A stretch of 64,000 nt of DNA from Candidatus Methanarcanum sp. (GTDB lineage Archaea; Thermoplasmatota; Thermoplasmata; Methanomassiliicoccales; Methanomethylophilaceae). The notes below the pieces were generated by a model. The model had not been told where the DNA came from and searched no databases. It worked only from the letters and a program-made list of their open reading frames with translations. The number at the start of each line of letters is the position of its first letter. Positions within the stretch are counted from its first letter, which is position 1. Below are positions 56,866 to 64,000 of this stretch, one piece after another. The stretch covers positions 18,440-82,439 of the forward strand of contig JAZRYJ010000011.1 in assembly GCA_045600635.1 (NCBI GenBank), given 5' to 3'. The position numbers and the translations under genes are program-made.

Positions 56866-57978
56866 TCACTCCCTCCTCATCAAATAGACCGTCACTCCGA
56901 CAACAATCAATGCTGCCACAATCCCACTGATGAGATATGGGGCATATCCCTCACCTTCGACCGGTACGACAGGGACATCCCCATGGAAATAATCGGGGTG
57001 CATCGCACATGCCATGGCCCATACCCCGTCTATGCTGTCCGGACAGTAGTTGTTCCACAATGCTTTCATCGATACGATCTTCACATTGCTGCCTACCTCT
57101 TTCCTCAGATCATTCATTTTGTCACCCGATATGGTGGCATCCGCGAATACTATGACATTTTCTCCGTATTCATCTATAATCTGTGAAGGATGATCAATGG
57201 GGTAGAATGTATCCTTCCTGGATTCGTCAATGGTAATTACATTACCGCCGGCATCCATTATCATTGATGCAGCAAGAGAACCTTGATTGCACACCTGCCA
57301 ATTCTCATTTCTCCACAGAATGGTGAATGCAGGCACTTTATCCAGACATTTCTCAGTCATCACCTTGTCTATCTCTGATATCGTGTATCTCATCTGCTTT
57401 ACACATTCCGATATGCTGCCTGTGACGATCTTCGATACGTCCTCACAGAAATCGATAATATCATTGTAATCATTTATGCTGGTCCACACAAGGACTTTTC
57501 TGAACCCATTCTGAGTGAAATAATCATATACTTTCTTGGTCGCATCCTCTCCGCCTCCGGAGATGATGATCGCATCTTTCTCCCTGTCGAATCTTCCAGA
57601 ATCGGCTGCATCAACCACTTCGACCTCTAATTGATTGATGTCGGAAGAATACATCGAACCTCCGGCAGTGGCATGGCCGCTGCTGACATATTCCTTCAAT
57701 TGGATGAATACATCATCATCCCCTTGTACGGAATATTTGTCCGTGACAACGATCTTGTTGATGCATCCGACCTCAACAACAGTTGCCGATGTTCCTTTCC
57801 CCACGGTCACGATATGTTCTGCAGGGTTGTCGAATGAGACCAAATGTCCTTTGCCGTCGATTATGCTGAAAGAATCATTCTCATCTCCAGCAACTGATGT
57901 TGCTGATGTCATCGATGTGATGACGAATAATACGACTATCGCAATGACATACAACATTACCCTTCTGTCGGAGTTCAT
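56866..57978 (-). CDS. Class III ABC substrate-binding protein with signal peptide and C-terminal TM anchor
   Basis: DGKGHLVSF..PAEHIVT; C-terminal hydrophobic helix + RRE; in one operon with the permease and ATPase. Confidence 0.85.
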   Translation of the reverse strand: MNSDRRVMLYVIAIVVLFVITSMTSATSVAGDENDSFSIIDGKGHLVSFDNPAEHIVTVGKGTSATVVEVGCINKIVVTDKYSVQGDDDVFIQLKEYVSSGHATAGGSMYSSDINQLEVEVVDAADSGRFDREKDAIIISGGGEDATKKVYDYFTQNGFRKVLVWTSINDYNDIIDFCEDVSKIVTGSISECVKQMRYTISEIDKVMTEKCLDKVPAFTILWRNENWQVCNQGSLAASMIMDAGGNVITIDESRKDTFYPIDHPSQIIDEYGENVIVFADATISGDKMNDLRKEVGSNVKIVSMKALWNNYCPDSIDGVWAMACAMHPDYFHGDVPVVPVEGEGYAPYLISGIVAALIVVGVTVYLMRRE

Positions 57979-58105
57979 GTCGACATCATCTGCTGATATC
58001 GTATATTAAGAATTGTTATATTCGTAATACTCACTGTCATTTTCAATCACTGTCAGTAATATTGTGCTGAAAATGTTTTAAAACAAAAGTAAGATAGGAA
58101 ACACC

Positions 58106-58504
58106 ATGCTCAGAATATATTCGGACGGGGGTTCAAGAGGGAATCCGGGCAAATCCGCCTTCGCAGTGGTGGTCACAAGGAACGGCGAGATACTCGAAGA
58201 ATACACCGAATTCCTCGGGATACATACCAACAACTACGCCGAATACAGAGGATTGATATGCGCCATTTCGAAAGCATTGGCGCTTGGTGACGATACGGTC
58301 GAATTCGTGATGGATTCAGAACTTGTAATCAAACAGATGAACGGTGAATATAAAGTGAAATCACCGGATATGAAGAAACTGAACAGCGATGCCGTGAATC
58401 TTTCCGGTTTGATCCCGAATGTGAGATTCACTCATGTGAAACGTGAGAATCCGATGGTGTCCCGTGCTGATTTCCTTCTCAATGAGGAGATGGACAGGAA
58501 TTAG
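58106..58504 (+). CDS. rnhA: Ribonuclease HI
   Basis: YSDGGSRGNPG, TNNYAEY, MDSELV, YKVK, HVKRE.N..AD. Confidence 0.95.
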   Translation: MLRIYSDGGSRGNPGKSAFAVVVTRNGEILEEYTEFLGIHTNNYAEYRGLICAISKALALGDDTVEFVMDSELVIKQMNGEYKVKSPDMKKLNSDAVNLSGLIPNVRFTHVKRENPMVSRADFLLNEEMDRN

Positions 58505-59400
58505 AGCCCGAGGACTTTTGCCATATTGTTCCCGAGAAGATCCTCTTTGATCTTCTTACTGCCCCATTCACCACATAATATGTAATCTATGAACTGTGTC
58601 GTGGACCACATCTCATCGTATAACGGGAAGTCAGTTCCGAAAACGATCCTGTCGGGATATCTGGATGTCACCGTATCCAATCTCTTGCCGATCATTGTCT
58701 TATCCTCGGCATACCACCCCTGCAATGCGGAACAATCGCTGTATACGTTCTCACATGCATCCATCAGAGGGAACAGCTCATCATGGAATTTTCCTCCGAG
58801 GTGTGCGATAATGATCTTCATATCAGGATATCTGTCAGCTATCTTCTTGAAGAACTTCGGATGGCAGTACTTCTCATCAAGAGGGGGCAACGCCATGCCT
58901 GCATGTGTCGTCACCACCAATCCGAAATCGTTTATCATATCCCAATATTTCCTGTACTTATCGTCATCTGGATAGAATCCTGAAGCAGGATATACCTTGA
59001 TCCCTTTCGGATTGTATTTCCTGACATAACGTTCAAGCATCTCCAGAGCATCTTTCCTGTTCGGATCCACGCCTATGAAAGGAATGAATCTGTCGTCGAC
59101 TGAACATCTGTCGAACAACCATTCCATGTATTCATCGTTGGTCATGCGGCCTTCGTTCACCAATCCAAAATCAGTTGCGAGAACGACAGCATAGTCGATC
59201 TTATTCGCATTGAGTGAATGAATGGGTTCATTGATCTTCACATCATAATCGGGAAATGGGAAATCGCTGTCAAGATCGATATTGAATATCTCATCCAATC
59301 CCAGTTCCTTCAATTTTTTCAAGGGAGCAAGATAGTTCGCTACCGCCTGATCGGGCAGCATCTTCCTGTCCCACATATGGATGTGCGCATCAATTATCAT
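58501..59400 (-). CDS. Amidohydrolase-2 family metal-dependent hydrolase
   Basis: IIDAHIH, GIKVYP, TTHAG, IIAHLG, VFGTDFP. Confidence 0.9.
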   Translation of the reverse strand: MIIDAHIHMWDRKMLPDQAVANYLAPLKKLKELGLDEIFNIDLDSDFPFPDYDVKINEPIHSLNANKIDYAVVLATDFGLVNEGRMTNDEYMEWLFDRCSVDDRFIPFIGVDPNRKDALEMLERYVRKYNPKGIKVYPASGFYPDDDKYRKYWDMINDFGLVVTTHAGMALPPLDEKYCHPKFFKKIADRYPDMKIIIAHLGGKFHDELFPLMDACENVYSDCSALQGWYAEDKTMIGKRLDTVTSRYPDRIVFGTDFPLYDEMWSTTQFIDYILCGEWGSKKIKEDLLGNNMAKVLGL

Positions 59401-59538
59401 GATTGTACCTATCTCTGTATGTATCGTCCTCGATCTTTATTTAGTTCCCTGTTCTGAACAGCTGAATATGTCATTGATTTCGTCAGGAATCGTCCTCAAT
59501 GATGGATTATAATATATACTGACCCCACTATCCTGTGG

Positions 59539-60603
59539 GTGATGGCAATATCAATCGACGAAGAATCAAAATTCGGTAGATTCAAAAAATCGAAATGGTC
59601 GTTTCCGGTCTCGCTTCTGATCGCATCGGCCGTTACAGTTCTTCTGTATTACCTCGGAATAGAACTCGCATTATGCGGTCTCGGATTCGTTCTCGTCGGT
59701 GCTGTGGCATATCTTATCATCAAAAGACTCAGCGGAGCTAATATGAAGAAGATGCTCGTCTGCGGAGGAGTTATCTTCCTTGTGGTCCTCTTATTCGGAA
59801 CACTGGTGTTCTCACCGATGTTCGTCAACGACTGCAGATCCGTGGATGATTTCAAGGACAACAATATCGAAGTTCTCAGCACCACAGCAACAGATACATC
59901 ATTCACCATTGAGTTCAGATATGATGCACATGACTGGACGTACTCAAAGATCAAAGTCATATGCTCTTCTGTGAATGCGTTATGTTACAACAATATGTCA
60001 ACGCAGAATTCCAATAATTCTGATTATTACCAGATAATATCTGTTTCAGGTTCAGGAACATACACGGCATCATTCTCACACTTCGACAAGAACAAACTGC
60101 AGATATGTCAGTTCCAATTCGGAGACAACAATAAAGACGGAAATTTCGAGAGCAAGGACTTCACAGGAACATCCCTGTACAAGAAAGATGTCTCATTCGG
60201 TACGATCTGTACGACAGCTCTCCCGTTCACAGCCGTATATGATGCTGTCAGTGTGATATTTTTCGTGGTCATCGCATACTTTGCGGACCGTGCTTCCAAG
60301 AGTCTCGATAAGACGAGGGCCCAGATGGAAGCTGACGGTCGTCTGTATCCCAAAGGATACGGCAGATGCAAACAGTGCGGTACCATCGTACTCCCCGGAG
60401 AGGAGATCTGTAGGAAATGCGGCGCATACGTTGATGTTCCCGAGGACATAAAGAACAAGAAGAAAGGCACATTCCAGTGTTCTGACTGCGGCGCAGAGGT
60501 ACCCGGAGATGCTGAGTTCTGTCCTAACTGCGGTGCAAGATTCGACGAAGATGATGACGTCAAGAGCCTCCCAGGAGCAAAAGAAGAAGAAAAGAAAAAA
60601 TGA
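59539..60603 (+). CDS. Membrane protein with an extracellular domain and a cytoplasmic double zinc ribbon
   Basis: About 4 TM segments, a Ser/Thr/Asn-rich loop, then four CxxC pairs (CKQC, CRKC, CSDC, CPNC). Confidence 0.85.
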   Translation: MMAISIDEESKFGRFKKSKWSFPVSLLIASAVTVLLYYLGIELALCGLGFVLVGAVAYLIIKRLSGANMKKMLVCGGVIFLVVLLFGTLVFSPMFVNDCRSVDDFKDNNIEVLSTTATDTSFTIEFRYDAHDWTYSKIKVICSSVNALCYNNMSTQNSNNSDYYQIISVSGSGTYTASFSHFDKNKLQICQFQFGDNNKDGNFESKDFTGTSLYKKDVSFGTICTTALPFTAVYDAVSVIFFVVIAYFADRASKSLDKTRAQMEADGRLYPKGYGRCKQCGTIVLPGEEICRKCGAYVDVPEDIKNKKKGTFQCSDCGAEVPGDAEFCPNCGARFDEDDDVKSLPGAKEEEKKK

Positions 60604-60671
60604 AGTGCTGTTTTCTTCTTCTGTTCTGAACAATTGACATCTGTGGCGACAATTACCTTTTAATTAATGTA

Positions 60672-62720
60672 ATGGCATGTCCCGCACGGATGTGCCCTAC
60701 AGAGGAAATTAAGGAAAATGCTCCTAAGAAGAAGACTGTCGCAACAGCCCATAAAATGGCTGCCAAACAGCAGGAAATCTCCGTCACGGAATTCTTCGAG
60801 AAGAACAAACATATCCTCGGTTTCGACTCTCGTTCCAAATCATTGCTGATGGGAATTAAAGAAGCGGTCGATAATTCGTTGGATGCCTGCGAGGAAGCAG
60901 GGATATTGCCGGAAATATCAGTCAAGATGACCCGCCATCCGGATGACGATTATACCGTACTCGTTGAAGATAACGGACCGGGTATCGTCCATAAGATGAT
61001 GGGAAATGTATTCGGCCGTCTTCTCTACGGTTCAAGATTCCACGCTCTGAGACAGTCAAGAGGTCAGCAGGGTATCGGAATATCCGCCACTGTCATGTAT
61101 GGATACATAACAACGGGTAAACCAGCACATATCCAGTCCAAGATCGAGGGCAACGATGAAGTCGCCTGGGGTATGGACATAATCATCGATACGAAGGTCA
61201 ACAGACCTGTGATCTCTAACGATAAGCCGTTCACATGGGAAGGCAAGGATCACGGAACCAGTATCGAATATACGATCAAAGGAAGATACATCACAGGAAA
61301 GCAGTCCATTTTTGAATATCTTAAGAATACCGCTATCGTCAATCCTCATGCCAAGATCACATTCATCGATCCTGAGGGCAAGACATTCGTTTTCGAAAGA
61401 GCAACGGACACAATGCCTGAGAAATCAAAGGAAATAAAACCACATCCAACAGGTATGGAGATAGGGGACATCCTGAAGCTCGCACAGAACTCTCAGCAGA
61501 AAACTGCCAAAGCATTCCTCACCAACGACTTCTCAAGGGTAACATCGAGAATCGCAGATGAGATTCTGGAGAAATCAGGTGTCAAACCTGAGACTAAACC
61601 TACATCCATCACACATGATGATGCGAAAGAGATCATCAAAGCCATAGAGAAAGTGAAGATAATGGCGCCTCCGACCGACTGTCTATCACCGATAGGTGAC
61701 ACATTGATCAAGAAAGGACTTATGAACGTCCTTGAGGGAATGCGTCCTGAATACTATGCACCGCCGATCACAAGAGCACCTAAATCAGTCAATGGAAATC
61801 CATTCGTTGTCGAAGCCGGTATAGTGTACGGCGGAGACATGCCTGCTGACGGCCAGGTCACGATCATGAGGTTCGCCAACCGCGTACCGTTGCTGTTCCA
61901 ACCGGGTGCATGCGCCATAACGAAAGCTATCTCCAATGTAGATTGGAGAAGATATGGATTGGAACAGAGAGGAGGTAAAGGAATTCCGTTCGGACCTGCG
62001 ATAATCCTTGTTCACATAGCCTCCACAAAAGTCCCGTTTACATCCGAAGGTAAGGAAGCTGTAGCAGATCTTCCTGAATTACAAGCAGAGATCGAATTGG
62101 CATTGAAATTATGCGCAAGGAGTCTGAAGAGCCACCTCAATAAAGAGGAGAGAAGGAAGAAGACCCATGCTAAATTCGAGATCGTCCAGGAGATACTTCC
62201 GGAATTCGCAGAGAAATCCGCCAAGTTCCTGAAGAAACCGGTCCCGAATCTTGATAAGACGATATCAAAGATCATGAACGTCGTCTGGATAGAACCTACG
62301 GAGAAGAAAGAAAAGAAGAAACGTACAGTGACGTTCACAGTATACAACTACACAAGCATCGAAAGGAAATTGAGCCTGCATGCACAGTTGCCTAAAGAGG
62401 CTGTCAATCTCACGTTATTCGGAGGAGAACATTTCACCGAGATGAATGATGAGGGGAAAGCAACATGGACGATCAACAGCATTCCGCCTGCGAAACATGT
62501 GGACATATCATTCGAACTGTCCGGAGAGATGGCGGATGTGTTTTCGATTGATGACGTTTACTTCTCAGGCATCAATCCTGTCATGGTGATGGGTGCCGAT
62601 CCATTGCCTGGAGATTGGGGCATCAAAGGAATGGAAATCACTGAATATGATTCTGATTACGTTGAAGACAATACAGATGCTGAAGCAGTAGAGGAGGTTG
62701 AAGACCTTGGAGAAGAATGA
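60672..62720 (+). CDS. top6B: DNA topoisomerase VI subunit B
   Basis: ISVTEFFEKN, KEAVDNSLDA, EDNGPG, SRGQQGIGI, RFANRVPL. Confidence 0.97.
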   Translation: MACPARMCPTEEIKENAPKKKTVATAHKMAAKQQEISVTEFFEKNKHILGFDSRSKSLLMGIKEAVDNSLDACEEAGILPEISVKMTRHPDDDYTVLVEDNGPGIVHKMMGNVFGRLLYGSRFHALRQSRGQQGIGISATVMYGYITTGKPAHIQSKIEGNDEVAWGMDIIIDTKVNRPVISNDKPFTWEGKDHGTSIEYTIKGRYITGKQSIFEYLKNTAIVNPHAKITFIDPEGKTFVFERATDTMPEKSKEIKPHPTGMEIGDILKLAQNSQQKTAKAFLTNDFSRVTSRIADEILEKSGVKPETKPTSITHDDAKEIIKAIEKVKIMAPPTDCLSPIGDTLIKKGLMNVLEGMRPEYYAPPITRAPKSVNGNPFVVEAGIVYGGDMPADGQVTIMRFANRVPLLFQPGACAITKAISNVDWRRYGLEQRGGKGIPFGPAIILVHIASTKVPFTSEGKEAVADLPELQAEIELALKLCARSLKSHLNKEERRKKTHAKFEIVQEILPEFAEKSAKFLKKPVPNLDKTISKIMNVVWIEPTEKKEKKKRTVTFTVYNYTSIERKLSLHAQLPKEAVNLTLFGGEHFTEMNDEGKATWTINSIPPAKHVDISFELSGEMADVFSIDDVYFSGINPVMVMGADPLPGDWGIKGMEITEYDSDYVEDNTDAEAVEEVEDLGEE

Positions 62721-63801
62721 CAGACAGAAGAAAGCGATCGAGGAACTCACAACAATTATCGGTTCGATGTACAACCAGATGGACGTGGGTGATGTCCCGT
62801 CGATGAATCTGCCGCTGAGATCGAAGAAGAACATCGAATTCGACCCCAGATCGAACGTATGGAAATACGGAAACCTTCAAACCACCCGTACCGCAAAAAC
62901 GGTCCAGGGTGCAACGATGATGCTCAGGACAGTCTACACTGTTGATTTTATCGAAGAGATGATCAGAACAAAGAAGTCATCCACCTTAAGGGAGATGTAC
63001 TACATCTCAGAAGGATGGGGCCATGCCAAATTCCATTCACAGGATGAGAGCAACCTGCTGGCAGAGGATCTTGAAACCGTCACAAGTTGCATGAGGGAGG
63101 ATTTCAAACTCCGTCCCGAGGAATCAGGTGCCAAAGTATACGGTGACATCAACTTCACTGTACCTACCAAGAAAGGATGGAAGAAATCTAACTGTATCGA
63201 TGATGTGTCCGAAGAAGGATTCGCGATACCGTATAAGGTGGAGGATGAGACATTCAGGATCGATCCGGGTAACACGAAATTCGTCATTGCAATCGAGACA
63301 GGAGGAATGTATGCCAGGTTGGTCGAGAACGGATTCCCTGAGAAATTCAATTGTTCTCTTGTGCATCTTTCAGGTCAGCCGGCAAGATCCACAAGACGTC
63401 TCATCAAAAGATTGAATGAAGAATTCAATATACCTGTAGTGGTCTTCACCGATGGCGATCCATGGTCATTCCGTATCTTCGCATCAGTTGCGTACGGGGC
63501 CATCAAGACAGCTCATATTTCAGATTACCTTGCTACACCGACGGCACAGTTCATCGGTATCACAGCCTCAGATATTCTGAACTACGATCTTCCGACGGAT
63601 AAACTGTCGGACAAGGATATCGGTGCATTGAATGCTGAATTGACCGATCCCAGATTCAAGGATGAGTTCTGGGTCACTGAGATCCAAGCTATGCTTAACA
63701 TGAAGAAGAAGGCTGAGCAACAGGCGTTGGCCAAATACGGTCTGGAATACGCCACCGATAAATACCTTCCGGAAAAGCTTACAAATCTCGGCATCCTGTA
63801 A
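62698..63801 (+). CDS. top6A: DNA topoisomerase VI subunit A (start may be TTG 62707)
   Basis: STLREMYY, IETGG, SGQPARSTR, DGDPW, KAEQQAL. Confidence 0.97.
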   Translation: MKTLEKNDRQKKAIEELTTIIGSMYNQMDVGDVPSMNLPLRSKKNIEFDPRSNVWKYGNLQTTRTAKTVQGATMMLRTVYTVDFIEEMIRTKKSSTLREMYYISEGWGHAKFHSQDESNLLAEDLETVTSCMREDFKLRPEESGAKVYGDINFTVPTKKGWKKSNCIDDVSEEGFAIPYKVEDETFRIDPGNTKFVIAIETGGMYARLVENGFPEKFNCSLVHLSGQPARSTRRLIKRLNEEFNIPVVVFTDGDPWSFRIFASVAYGAIKTAHISDYLATPTAQFIGITASDILNYDLPTDKLSDKDIGALNAELTDPRFKDEFWVTEIQAMLNMKKKAEQQALAKYGLEYATDKYLPEKLTNLGIL

Positions 63802-63808
63802 ACAGATT

Positions 63809-63837
63809 AAAGGGAGATTCATTCTCCCTTTTTCTTT
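63809..63837. terminator. Stem-loop with T tract after top6A
   Basis: AAAGGGAGA-TTCAT-TCTCCCTTT followed by TTCTTT. Confidence 0.7.
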
Positions 63838-64000
63838 AATTCAGTGAAATTCGCAGCAGCGTGATATTTCCTTCTGACCGATTTTTTACGGTTCTCCACA
63901 TACCTCAGAAGATCAATACCTGTGAGTTCAACTGTAGATGGACCGGAGCGTACAAAATATATCTCAGAATTCTTGTCTTTCGGATCCTGCAAGAACACGG
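63819..64000 (-). CDS. C-terminal fragment of a gene entering from the window edge, possibly the end of a Schlafen/AlbA_2 domain
   Basis: Manual translation VFLQDPKDKNSEIYFVRSGPSTVELTGIDLLRYVENRKK...KKGE*. FVRSGPST.EL resembles AlbA_2 C-termini. Confidence 0.5.
   Translation of the reverse strand, partial: VFLQDPKDKNSEIYFVRSGPSTVELTGIDLLRYVENRKKSVRRKYHAAANFTELKKKGE

Noticed and set aside
56191-57186. 331-aa plus-strand ORF and similar long shadow ORFs (4500-5099, 38702-39325, 52446-53000)
   Set aside because: They are antisense to confidently identified genes and have the composition expected from the complementary strand of biased codons.
54896-57978. Integrated element at tRNA-Asp or tRNA-Gly
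   Set aside because: No integrase and no duplicated tRNA 3' end seen; flanking genes have host-like composition.
59523-59539. CCCAC-TATCCT-GTGGG hairpin occluding the RBS of the zinc-ribbon membrane gene
   Set aside because: Only a 5-bp stem, expected by chance.
1-64000. CRISPR array, IS/transposase, prophage
   Set aside because: No repeat-spacer periodicity, transposase motifs, terminal inverted repeats with target duplications, or phage structural genes were seen.
1-64000. Genes split by an in-frame amber (pyrrolysine) or UGA (selenocysteine) codon
   Set aside because: Recognised proteins appear full-length, and I found no adjacent in-frame ORF halves separated by TAG or TGA. Gaps between genes are too short to hide missing domains.

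Overview
This is a gene-dense piece of core chromosome from an archaeon of the Thermoplasmata. It is most consistent with a host-associated Methanomassiliicoccales methanogen: archaeal egsA, tgtA, Pcc1, LonB, Rpo11, Topo VI and Mmp11, a lone 5S rRNA, and near-absence of TAG stops. I can support about 65 CDSs, two tRNAs (Gly-TCC, Asp-GTC), one 5S rRNA and several stem-loops. I saw no CRISPR array, IS element, integrase or prophage. Accessory or bacterial-looking inserts are an ATP-grasp ligase/MFS exporter unit, a Cys-rich-repeat adhesin-like protein, a Firmicutes-type ThrRS, a Schlafen/AlbA-HATPase-HTH gene and two FecCD-type ABC importers, one with the ATPase fused to a methyltransferase. Best leads: (1) a tRNA-Thr anticodon-like hairpin (loop UU-UGU-AG) covering the ribosome-binding region of the bacterial-type thrS; (2) an mmp11 / radical-SAM / Cys-rich-protein locus next to the ABC-methyltransferase importer; (3) a probable ACG start codon for egsA; (4) a tRNA-Gly with C at the normally invariant U33; (5) two paralogous small LCGG proteins, one beside an E1-like enzyme that lacks its usual Cys; (6) four 12-bp tandem repeats in front of the Schlafen gene. 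All family assignments come from recognising motifs by eye; no database search was run.
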